A stretch of DNA of 64,000 bases from Dicyema japonicum (taxonomy: Eukaryota; Animalia; Dicyemida). The position numbers and the translations under genes were made by a program. A model generated the notes under the pieces. The model was not told the DNA's origin. It worked only from the letters and a program-made list of their open reading frames with translations, and did no database searches. Positions 35,794 to 47,573 of this stretch are shown piece after piece. Every line of letters begins with the position of its first letter. Within the stretch, counting starts at the first letter, position 1. The stretch lies in assembly GCA_011109175.1 (NCBI GenBank), contig RDEW01000011.1, positions 180,193 to 244,192 of the forward strand. The letters run 5' to 3'.

Positions 35794-38700
35794 TGTGACC
35801 GATTCAGAATGAGATACGGTTGAATACGAGCCGTTAAATATCGATTTTAAATGTACCGATTTAAACAGCCAATCAAACAAAATGGCAATCGTCCCTAGAC
35901 AAGACAAATTTATGCAATCGTCCCAAATCAAATCAAATTTATTCCAAAGTAAGTAAGGAGTTAGTTAAAGGGATTTTAATCGTGTCCGCCTGGACACTTC
36001 ACACGTATCCCATCTCCATTATAGTCGTCCATTTAGTACGTATTGTAAAGCTAGTTACCCAACCTTACTTCGATATCTATTTTTACCGGCCTGACAAGGC
36101 TATTCACTTCCTCGGAGAGGCTTTCATGTAATTTCCTCCTCAGAGATATTTTTATCGCCGCTCGCCTTGTTTTCTCCAGGCGAGCGAGAATCCTTTCTCT
36201 CGAGGGAGTATAAAACCATCCCTCGCATCCGTATATCAGTCTTGGGAGACACACAATTCGGAAGATATAGAGCATTGTATAGGCCAGCATTAGTTTTCTG
36301 GAGCAGAACATCGCTTAAACGGCCTTCTTCCTCCGCTTATCGATGTCCTTCCGATATGATACTCTTCCATCCACTGCAATCCCCAGGTATTTCAGGCTAG
36401 AGACTGTAGGTATCCGTAGCGTATAGGACTCTCTCTGGTGACGACCCAGCCTGTATATTCGCAAGTAACTGGATTTTTCTGTGGATTAAATCATCCCTCT
36501 CCTTTCGCACCAAACCTGAACTCTGTCGAGAAAAGCCCCGATTCGTCGCTCAGAGATGTATGCCTTCAGAGATGAGTCTAGGATTAAGATGTCATCCGCA
36601 TATCATCAGCTTGGTCCTAATATCTTGTGGAGAAGAAAAGTCTTCAATAAATGTGTTGAATAATAGAGGGCTTAGAATAGACCACTGCGGCACTCCTCTT
36701 TTATACAATATATCTTCGGAATATCTTCCACCAACTACCACGTTTGATACCCTCCCAGTCGACAGGTTCTTCAGCCATAGGAAAATTAGTCTTGAAATTT
36801 TTGATCGAACCATTTGACAGTATAAGGCCTCGTGCCAAACACTGTCGAAAGCCTTAGAGATGTCAAGGCAGACAAGGCTCAACTGGCTCCGTCTCTCAAA
36901 AGCATTTGCAATCTCAAAGTTTAGAGAGTGAATGCAATTTACGCACGATCTTCCTGGCCGAAAAACCCATTGGTAACACTGTAGAACATTAATCTTTTCT
37001 ATATATTGATTCAATTTCTTGAAAATCATCCGTTCCATTATCTTCGATGAAGAAAAGATAAGGCTTATACGCCTATAACTAAAAGGATATTTCCTCGACT
37101 TTCCAGGTTTAAAGATCATCTTTACAATTGATGCTTCCATAGTGAAGGGGAATGTCCGAGCTTGAAACTAGCGTTATTCATCTTTTGTAGAACAGATAGC
37201 AATTCATCGGATCCTTCTTTAATCATATTCATCGGAATGCTATCAAATCGAGGAGCCTTGTTTTTGCACTCCCGTATAGCAGTCTTTACCGCAGCCAAGG
37301 TGATTACCTCTACCATACTATTCAGATCGTTTATGGAGTAAACCATAGAAGTAGATATATCTTCTGAGAATTTTTCAGATATAATACTAACTGGGTCTAC
37401 TCCCTGTATGTTTTCTAATTGTTTCCTGAATACTGACGGTACTCTTTCCAGGGGAATTGTTCTTCCATCTTAATCCGCCAGTACAATGTTCATTGCTCTC
37501 AAATTTTTGTTGGTCAGTCTGGAGTCAATTTCCAAAAGCAAGGATTCTTCCAGTGCACTTTCGAGGCTGCTTTCCTTATAATAACTGTTTTTATTAGAAA
37601 AAATTGAGAAATTTATAATGTAAAATTATTCTAGCTTTGCTAAGTCTCTGCTATTTTCTTGAATCGCACTTCCATCTTCTCCTAAATCAATCATTCCTGT
37701 ATCAGATATTCCTTTAACATGATATATGAATGTGTTCGTTTAAGCCACTTTTTCGTGTTTTTTTATTATTATCAAGATAGACCCTTCTAACAACGCGATC
37801 ACCGATGTTAAAGATAAAAATATCATTCTTCCACCTTCTTTTAGTTAACATTTTTCTTTCAGCAATGTTTGAATTTAAAATTGCTTTTGTTCTCAAAGTT
37901 TCATTTGATGACCAAAACCATGCAAGATATTCAGTTGCTTCAGTTTGTGTTTCTTCATTCCATAAATCAATTTGGTTGAATATTTCATTCATTTCCTCTT
38001 CTGAGTAATGATTATTGGCAGAAGCTCCGAACATCAATTTAAAAGGAGCGTGCAACGTTGTTGAATGCTGTAAAAAATTATAGGAACTTGTAATTTCTTC
38101 AATTATGTTTATCCATTTGAAATTCAAAATCTTTGAAAAGCAGGTTGAAGAAATCAAATTTCAATGTCTGATTCAGACGCTCGACTTGTCCCTGCACCCA
38201 AGGACGTCCCCTGACGTGTTTTATACCAAATGTTGAGCATAACTCGAACATTTTTTCATTTACAAACTCCTTGCCATTGTCCGTGTGCAAAATAGTTGAT
38301 TTTCCAAACATTAAAATTATGCTCTTTATTGCACTTGACACCTCCGTAGCCGATTTACTCTTTAGAGGTCTTGTCCAGCAAAATTTGGAAAAGAAATCAA
38401 TTTTCATTAAAATTTGAATAGTGTCGTAGATCAACCAAATCAAAAATATACCTGAAATTAGAATATTTAACTAGTACCTTTTTCTCACTGTATATGCTCT
38501 GATAGGTGTTATAGTTGGTCGAGTGTTCATGAGCCGTCTTGCCAGACATTGTGAACAAGACTTGAGAACAACCATAACTTCATCTCTGCAAGATCCATAG
38601 ACTAGATTCTTTAGAAGAGAAAGAAGTCTATCACGACCAGGATGTCCATTTTTGAGGTGAACATTTTCAATAAATATCCTCTTCTGTTCATCTTCTTCCA

Positions 38701-39143
38701 CAGCGAACACGTGCAATAAAATTCCACTTGTTTTGAAAAAAAATAGTTGAGCCGGCAATGAGTCTTTTAGTCTGAATAATGACGCAGTTCTTATGAAATT
38801 TCGTTTCTCCTTCAGCAAATTGGATGGTAAAATTTGGTATCTCAGATAGGTTATTATTTCTTGCTTTTGTAGCAGAGTAAAGTAGACAACCTTCATAACA
38901 AAAAACAAAAACAAGCGTGAGCAAAAATCTATTACTATTCTATCTGATGTTAGCCGTTAAAAAATGAAAATTTGTGAGAAATTTAAATTATTAAAAATTA
39001 CTAATCATTATAAAGATAGGAATTAATTAATTCATTGATTTATTTTTCATTAAAAAAAATTATTGATTTCTAACGGCTTTAACGCCACGTATAACGCCTT
39101 TAACGGCTCGTATTCAACCTGGGCTCGTATTCAACCGGTCACA
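35794..39143 (-). mobile_element. Ginger-like (retroviral-type integrase) DNA transposon, family 1
   Basis: TGT...ACA termini with ~45-bp TIRs (TGTGACCG-N17-GTTGAATACGAGCCGTTAAA). The transposase has an HHCC zinc motif (H..GHPG...CSQC) and an rve core (DLVD, HTDNGKEF, QGQVERLNQTLK). The TSD is not clean. Confidence 0.88.
35924..37570 (-). mobile_element. LINE (CR1/L2/Jockey-type RT) nested in the Ginger-like element
   Basis: KAPRFDSIP, KPGK...YRRISL, LDISKAFDSVWH, GVPQWSILSPLLFN, ADD; 3' tail AATAAA(TTTGA)n at about 35924-35945. Confidence 0.9.
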
Positions 39144-39199
39144 ATAAATAAATAGCGCTAATAATTTTTCTAACAAACTAGATCATCCCCCATTTTTAG

Positions 39200-40190
39200 T
39201 TGCTATTCAACCTGCTTCACATTGTTTTCTATCACTGATGATAAGGCTATGTAACATGATTGTTGCCTCTAAAGACATAGACGTTAACGAAGCAACGAAA
39301 AATGTTCAGATCCACTTGAACACTCTTGAAGAGTGGCTTGGAGCAATCCACCTATCCTCCTCTCCATCGAAATCCACCGTCACTGTATTCACGTCCAACC
39401 GCCGCCAACTAAATTGTCAACCAATTTTAACAATTCATGGACAACCACTCACCGTTACGAAACATCCCAAAATACTTGGAGTTATTTATGACCAACTACT
39501 AACTTTCTCTAAACATGTGGAGAACAGTGTACAAAGGCTTCTCACAAGATCAACATACTTAAAGCTGTGTCAGGTCATGGCAAAGAAAAGAAGCCCTAAC
39601 CATCATAAACAATTCATTCGAACAACTATTAACTATGCAAGCCCTTGCTGGTCAACCTCTGCCTCTCTTACTTCTATTGACAAACTACAAAAAGTACAAA
39701 ACACCGCGCTCAGGATAATTACTGGATGTCTCAGATCAACTCTTGTCGATCATCTACATTAGGAGTCAAAGATCCTCTTAATTGGAGACCATCTGGAAAT
39801 GAGAGCCCTGCAGTTCTTCTCCCAAGCCTACAGTCTAGAACATCCCTGCCACTCCCTATGCAAGCAGCAAAACAAAAAGAAAATTATTATGACAACCAGT
39901 GACCTGTCTCGAATGTTATCATCCATTCCTTCCATCCCCAATGACAGGAGTCGTCTGAAACAGATACAAGATTCTATTTCTACGAGAAGCATCCGAAGAC
40001 TCGGAGACAATAAAATATTACAGCGACCCCCTCCTCCAATAGACCAATTAGAATCCTCTCTTTCAAGGGACGTGCGAGTAAACCTGGCTCGTCTACAATG
40101 TGGGCACCACCCATATCTACCAGCTTATGATGTACTCGGCCCCGCTTCACGATATGTGACATGATGCAAGAACAGGGCTCCATGACATTA
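39200..40190 (+). mobile_element. LINE ORF2 3' third
   Basis: KILGVIYDQLLTFSKHV, FIRTTINYASPCW, QKVQNTALRIITGCLRSTLVDHLH, LARLQCGHH. Confidence 0.88.
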
Positions 40191-40318
40191 CTATGTGATA
40201 ATTAAATTGTTTATTTGAAGCTCTTCAAAACTTGTTTGAAGCGAGCCTGAAATTTGATTACCTTAAAACCAAAGAAAAAGCCATCGTGTTAATGTGTCAC
40301 ATGGGCCAAGCGATACCT

Positions 40319-41617
40319 ATGGGCTGCCTGTTACATTAACCTTGAACCATGATTAACTTCAATTAATTTTATGAATGATTTATTAACCACAAAAAATTAA
40401 ATTTAAGTAACTTTTTTTAGTTTACTCATTAATACAGTCGATATTTCTCCTTTCGAATTTTTTATCTATCAAATTAAACTATTTAAAGCTACCTCCATGC
40501 GATTATTCGATAAAAAATTTATTATTTCTGCAACTAGATAATACTGAGACTCAAACTTATCCAGTCGCAATGAGGGATTTGTTTTAAAGTCCTTTTTAGC
40601 CCGAACCTATTTATTAATGTTTTTAATTCATACTTTATCTCCCATGTTAAAAGTATATTTACTATTATGAACATTCATTTTCCTGTTCATAGCTTTGTAA
40701 TAATTCGAATTTTCTTCAATCGATTTAATTTCGAAATTGAATCTCTTCGCATTCAGACACAAATTATCCGACTGGGAATTATCTAGATATAAATTTTTTA
40801 AATCAAACTACGTGAATTTTCAATAGATTCTCGAACAATTAACCAAATCGTCAATTTGTTCTGGAATCGCACACTCATCACTTAAATTATCTAAGTCATA
40901 ATGTTAAATATAACCATTAATTATTGAATTTATTTCCTTAATTCCTCGATATCTTTCGAAAGGACTTTCGTTAGAAAATGAATGGACCGATATGTTATAA
41001 CTGTAAACAGCACTTTCTAATTTACCAAACCACTTTTTTTCACTGTCATCCAGCATTTTTGACAACTTCCTCGTGATCGTCTGATTAAATCTTTCGACAA
41101 TTCCTTGTGGTCGTGGATTGTTAGGCCTTCTGTGAATTTGCTTAATGTTAAAATCTTCGCAGAGGTTTGTTATTCCTTGATTTTTAAATTCAGAACCATT
41201 GTCCGACTGAAGAAATTTACATGGCCCAATCAGGCGGAACAAAGATCTTAAGTTTTCACATACTTCTTTACCAGACTTATTATAGAGTGGTCGTACAAAA
41301 GCGAATCTATAAATTTAAAAAAACCAACCTACTATATATTTATCATGCAAAACATCTTTTAAAGTTTGATATTCAACGCAATCTTTCACAAAACCCTTGT
41401 AAGAAGCCATTGCAAACAAAATAATCTTCCATGCTATAAATCACGCTAGAAATCTAGGTTTACCTCTATAAAAAATAAACTTTTTATAATCAAAACATTT
41501 ATGGATAAAAAACTAATTTAACAGGATTAAATTACGATATAAATCGGATATACAAAATTAAATGTCGGATATTCAAAAGACCTTTTCAAGGTCGAAAAAA
41601 TGTAACATGCTGCCCAT
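40319..41617 (-). mobile_element. Ginger-like integrase DNA transposon, family 2 (deleted)
   Basis: rve core (RFAFVRPL, LQSDNGSEF, PQGIVERFNQTI). Imperfect TIRs: ATGGGCTGCCTGTTACATT...ACCTTGAA at 40319 and its inverse at 41585-41617. Confidence 0.8.
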
Positions 41618-42279
41618 GCGTTACGACATAATGAACTAGTTGTCCAGGATAACGGGACGGATAATTTTCAAGAGACTATGTTAGCATGTCGAATCTAAAA
41701 ACCTCCGAAGTTGCAATCATTTAGCTTTCGTCCGGGCACCGCCTTTACTATCCAACTTTGATGAAGTTAAAGCGCATGATTTTGGATTCTATATGCAAGG
41801 GCAGTGAGTGATTTGATTTCTTTAAAAATGCGAAGGGTGGTTTTTCACTCCGAGAAAAAAGAACGATCATTCTGCTACTAGAAAAATCAAGGAGACTAAG
41901 TTGGACTCTAACTGAACCTGATACAAAACTGAGTATGGACCAAGAGGCGTCATTGAAAATCATTAGAGACTCTTTCTTAAGCTCTCCCTAAATTGCCTGT
42001 GATGTGCCATCATATCTATAGCTTACTATGAACTAACTAGTTGAGGAAGGATCTCAATGAAGAGTCCAAGTCCTCCAAGGGAGGACCAATGGTATTTCAA
42101 TTTTCTCTCACGTTTAACCCTATTTAATTTTTGTGTTAATTAAAAATTTATTCATTCAAACCGGTAGCTAACAAGAACGTAAAAGAAAAGACCGACGCTC
42201 CCCAAAATTTAATTTATTAATCCTTGAAACCTCAAAAAAAAGGATGAGTTTTCGCAATCCAATTACCTTCATTTGTTTA

Positions 42280-42960
42280 TTCGAGAACCCGAAGATCACC
42301 AAGAATGATGTTAAAAAAAACTAATTAAGTGATCCCTGCTTCCATTAATTCCGAACTCTTCTTTCGTGGTCTTCCAACTGTATAACGGGGTAAAGCATAC
42401 CTACGAAGGAACTCGATTAGGTTGTCCTTCTTTAGGACCGATCGACTTCCTCTGGGTTAGGAATATTATCGCCCAATGGATATCCTGGTTCTTTGTAGAA
42501 AAACAGGAAAAGGCCATGGTTTCTTGTGGATTCCCTTGAGAGGAGAATGGGAAGTGTGGTAAGCAAACGTGTAGTATTCTGTCTGATTGAATTTAGTTAG
42601 TCAACCTCCATGCGGGAGAGGCGAATTCGATTGTTGTAACGGAATGACCTGATCATACAGTCAGTATATGGAGTAAGCAGAGGGAGGGGGATCTTTTTTT
42701 ATAATTGCCTTCCAAACATTCAACTTCCGGAGTCCCTTGTCAAGACTTCTTCAGCATGATGAGAGGAGGTCATTAAGTCGTAATTCACCCCTAGAATCTT
42801 CTGTTTACTGGATATCGGAATAGGGGCGTCCCCAATGTGCATTTCGATCCCACATTCGGACTTCGTGAATATGTATTTTTCCACAGACACCGTAAGAAAA
42901 TGAATACCAAACTAATCATGCACTTGGACAGCGGCAGCCATGAGGGATAGGGATCTGTTC
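42280..42960 (-). mobile_element. degenerate LINE 3' portion with hairpin tail
   Basis: Tail CCCGAAGATCACC...AACTAATTAAGTGATCCC at 42287-42337; post-RT remnants. Confidence 0.65.
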
Positions 42961-43043
42961 CTAAAGGTGAAATTAAGCCCTTGGAGAATTACACTCATAT
43001 ACTTAAATTGATGTAAAATGATATTTTTTTTTATAGATTTTTA

Positions 43044-44591
43044 TTATTTTATAAAAAATATTTTTAAAGAGTCAATAAATTCACTAAGACCCGTGACGTT
43101 GTACAAAAATTCCTTTAAAGTTGGGTTTTCTGAATCGTAAATGCTCGTCTCTGATTTTTTGGGAACAAATTCATTAAATTTGTATTTCTCTAATCCTTCA
43201 ATTGTCATGCAAATTCCATCAGAATTCAGTTTGGTACCAAAAGGACAATCACAAACGTACGATCCATTTGTATTTCTGCATATCTTGTCACGTGGGCAGT
43301 TATGCAAGCCCGTGGAGCATTCATCCAAATCAGTACAATCGTGAATCTATAGTGAGACATAACTGTACATTTTTGTTCCATCTTTTTCCTTCTCCGCAGT
43401 CACAAAAATATGTAAATTTATTATTAACAACTTCCTTAAATTGTTTTTTTTCATAAAATAGGCGGCAAATTTTGTTCATTTTAATTTCGGAAAATTTTTC
43501 CCTCTCATTAATGTCTGATCTTTTGGCGTATTCGTTAGTCCCACACATGTCGTTATCCAGAGATAGCACATGATCTTCATCTTCTAGCTCATGGGGTTCA
43601 ATGGATCCGTAGCAGAGATCAGGACAGAACCACCGCTCGGCACAGTAGAATTCATTGTTCTCCTTCAATCTGAAGTCGTCCACCTCAATAAATTCATCTC
43701 CTGCGAATATTAGCTTGCAAATGTCGGAGACCAATCGCATATTCTGGTTTCTCGAAATTGTGTACCAACACAGGTAATAGCGAGCCCTCACTTTTAGCTA
43801 CCATGACTTTAATGAGTACCTTAAATTCCTCTGTTTGAGATAAACTCACAAACTTGAGGGAAGAATCGAGGAAAATTAAATTTTGGAAATTAAAAAAATC
43901 CTTAAAATCGGCTTTCTCAACGAGGTTGTTGGTCAAGTTATGAAATCGACTTAAAGTGGAATAATTATCGAACTCCTGTCCGTTCTTTAAAGAAATCAAA
44001 CTCGAGACAAAGTAGAGACAATTTTTTACTGAATTTTTGCACATTTCCTCGAGCTAGAATGAATTTTGTAAGAATACAATGCTATTTATGGCTCCAACTG
44101 AATTGGCGGGAAATGAAGTTCTAACATTCGGGCATTCGTCGAACTTTAGGCGGGAAAAATACCACAGAGCTGCTTTTTTGGACATTTTCCCTGCAAAAAG
44201 TCCTATCTTGTAAGTCAAGGAGCTTTCAATCCATCCCTTTGACTTTTTCGCAGCTGGTCTTTTGTCGATCTGTTCAAGAATCAAATTCTTGAGATTTTGT
44301 GATGAATTTGTTATTATTTTTGACACGTTCTTGACTAAATTGATTCCGTCATCAACACGTGGGTCATATGGATCAAATTTTTGCTGAGCTAATGAGATTA
44401 ACACCAAAACAAACCCAAATAAGGACCAACATACATTAAATGTAGAATAATCGACTGTTTTGGGGGAATATTCAAAGATTCTACTTTTTCTTTGTAGTTG
44501 TCGAATTGCTGTTCTATTTTGAGTTTACTAGTTTTGTCATTTTGGAGTTGACACAACTCCATATGGTTATCAATAAAGATAATTTAAACAT
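43044..44591 (-). CDS. putative secreted protein with an EGF-like and a calcium-binding EGF domain
   Basis: A 22-nt intron joins FCDCGEGKRWNKN to IHDCTDLDECSTGLHNCPRDKICRNTNGSYVCDCPFG (cbEGF consensus). A 26-nt intron lies near 44400. The signal-like MFKLSLLITIWSCVNS at 44591 needs one extra A to stay in frame. The internal exon structure is partly unresolved. Confidence 0.65.
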
Positions 44592-45219
44592 TACTATATT
44601 TTGTTTTGTCGTGTTTTATTAATAAATTTTAACGGTGTAAACTTCTAAATTTATATATTAAAATTTAAATTTCTAAAAAAAGATAATTTATATTAATTTC
44701 ATTCAAATTTTATTTTTTAAATTAAAATGTAAATTCAAAAACGAATTAAGTTTTGTGGTATTCTCAGATCTTCTAAACCTTCTTCCTTTCGGACACTTGT
44801 GAAAGATTCCAGACAAAGTCGGAACAGAGGGAGGTGCACTGACACCGGGGTCAATTAATTTAGACGATATCTTTTTCTCCTCTCATGTGTTCCTGTGGTT
44901 ATAATAATAATTCACATAGGTTCCGATAGCTATCGAGATCAACTGGGGGAGCAACTGGGTTTCGAGGATATTATGACTTCTTAGTGTATTCGAATGTCCC
45001 AGATTCTTGTTAAAGGAAAAATATTTCCTTCTTATCGCTCCAGTTTCCTCGACAGAAGTCACACGGAATGTGAACCAGTCGAGAAACCCTTGGTATTTCA
45101 CTCCGTTATATATCTCTGCAGCGAATGGTGCCTCTACTGCACTCCCAATGATGTTAGCAGAAGATAGAGAGTCGACCTATTTATTTAGGATACCCCAGAT
45201 CAGCAAGAAAGATTTCAAA

Positions 45220-46160
45220 GCCAATTAAGTGATCCCAGGGACTCTCCTCTATTGGTCATTCAGCTATTTTACTTCCTTACGGAAGTTTCTTCTTGAATTT
45301 ATGCATAGGAAGTTGACCAGGATGTCCTTCTTCAGGACTGATCGGGATTTCCGTTTCCTCAAAATTATTTTCCTGGTTCTCTGCAGAAACGACAAAACTC
45401 TCAGCCATAGTTTCTGGTCTTTTGAAAGGAGAGTAGAAATTTATGTTTTCACATGTGAAGGAACACAATAACAAAACTCTTCAGCACATTGACATATTCC
45501 AAGTTATGGAGACATAGGAAAATGGGTTATCTTTCGGTGGTACCTAATTAGGCAATGAACTTGTCCACACTAAGAAAGTGTCCAAATTTAAGTCTGGAAC
45601 TTTGGTCTACATTGATTCACAAAGAATGAGCTAGTTTTTTGTGAGTGATCACAGCATCGTGGTTATTAGTTTGTTCACTTATGTGGACTTGCGAGAGGTC
45701 CACTTGTGCCTATAATTAACTCGAATTAGTTTCGATATTTTTAATTAAGGAAACTTAGAGATGATACAGAGTCTTCAACCGGGTCTTCTTCAAGGCAACT
45801 TGTTTTTTAATACAAGGGAGCAGTGATTTGAAGTTCCTGAACGAGGATAAATGAAGAGATCTTATTGACTTTCAAAATCACTGCTCCCTTGTCGATTGAA
45901 AAAACTTTCCATGGCGAAACGCTACGCACGTGCTGAACCTACCTAGTTCACCTTCAAATAATTTTTGACTTTTGTAGAATACCATGACACATTAAGAGGT
46001 CTTTTGAGTCTCAACAAAATCGGATTATGATAGCTTGAGAAATCATGTCGAACATTCCCAGAAAAATACTCTGCAAGTACAGTTGGCTCAAAAAGTGTTG
46101 TCAACTCTTGTATTGTTTTTGCTTTTTTTCGTCGAAGATTAAGATCCATCAAATACATTT
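45220..46160 (-). mobile_element. LINE remnants (3' tail at 45225; APE C-terminal fragment at 45943-46158)
   Basis: AATTAAGTGATCCC tail motif; FSSYHNPILLRL resembles the APE SDH.P motif. Confidence 0.5.
45812..45892. repeat. inverted repeat / mini-hairpin element
   Basis: ACAAGGGAGCAGTGATTTGAAGT ... ACTTTCAAAATCACTGCTCCCTTGT with a 33-nt spacer. Confidence 0.85.
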
Positions 46161-46369
46161 TGAATAAAATAAATTAAAATTTGAAAAAGAAAAGATCACT
46201 TAATGCCAGTGTTTTTCTCTTAATAAATAGTGGTGATTCTTTGCAGTGGTGATTCTTTGTTTTTGGCTATAAAAAATTAAAATACCGCAAACGATGACGT
46301 TATTCTAGTACAAAATATTACATTGACTGTTAATTGTTTGTGCATTATCATTAATTGGCTATGAATAAT

Positions 46370-46595
46370 ACTCCGCTTTAAGCAGAACCGTATTACCACC
46401 CAAGCAGGACATATTTAATTTAAGTAAGAACAGTTTTGTCGATGGGAGTCCTTTATAACGATCCGGTTCTTCTGTGAAATGTTCACTGAGGACTGCGTCA
46501 CTCGTCAAGCTAAAGTATCATAGATTCGTGGAACCTTTAGTCTGAATATATAGCAACCAGATTCGAACTGGGGACATAAGGCCTTTTGCCAGGCA
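46370..46595 (-). mobile_element. tRNA-derived SINE family B, diverged copy
   Basis: Core GCTTGACGAGTGACGCAG and B-box-like AGTTCGAATC on the minus strand. Confidence 0.7.
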
Positions 46596-46729
46596 CTCGT
46601 TAAAAGATTTGATAAAATAATTGATTAAGCAACTAATGAGAATAGGCATTTCAATTAGGAAAGAATCTAAAACTAAATATACCAGAATTCGCTCGAAATG
46701 GTACCAAGTAATTATTTAGTCTAAAGTTG

Positions 46730-46950
46730 TGAATATTTCTGGTGCGGCCGGAAGTATTACAGCCTCTTTCCTAAAGGAAATCGGGGGAAATTGGCCCACC
46801 GCAAGAAAGACGTGCGGGAAGCGGTCTGGCTGAGGCAACTAATTGGCATCGCAGTTGTCCGCGGAAACGCTTACTCCGTGATGTCAGCTTTCCCCCATAG
46901 TTACTAAATAATATTTTATTGTTAATAAATTTTTTTAATATTAAAAAAAT
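46730..46950 (+). mobile_element. CRE-like 3' fragment, near-identical to 53890-54110 (-)
   Basis: TCTGGTGCGGCCGGAAGTATTACAGCCTCTTTCCT...CCCCATAGTTA(C/T)TAAATAATATTTTATTG occurs in both. Confidence 0.9.
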
Positions 46951-47573
46951 AAGGAAAATTAGAATGTCTAGTTCACTAAGTTACTACTTTAAAATGGTTC
47001 ACGATTAAATAAATTAAATATGACATGCTTAGGTATGCATTTGGATATTAATCCTGCTTTAATGGAGAATACCAGTGTGAATGAATATCAATGATGCCTT
47101 AATGAAGGATACCAATGCTTCTTCAATACAGAACTTGTTCTTTAAACAAAAGACTTGAAACCACAAATGTTTAAAATTAAACTTACTGAAGCTGATTTTA
47201 ACCGGTTACCTAAGTCGTTATAAGGTTGAGTTCTGGTGGGATAGCGTTGCTCCACTACGATAAATTTGTTTATCTTATAAATTTGGACATAATTTCTTGT
47301 GCCCCTTTCCAAATAAACTTGGAGATCGGAAACAAGTACTTTGAATAACCCATGTCTGGTTGAAATCCATTCCAGGCCACTTGGATAAGTCTACTGAGAG
47401 GTAACAAAGGAATTATTAGTTTTTTTGTCAAATGTTCTTAATAATTGAAACCACAAAGTTAAATCGTAAAATTTACAGAAATACAAGAATAAGCAAAATT
47501 TTCCTTAAAACCATTAATTTGTGCATTACGTGTCTCATTCATTATTTAATGTAATATTCTAAAATTAATTCAA

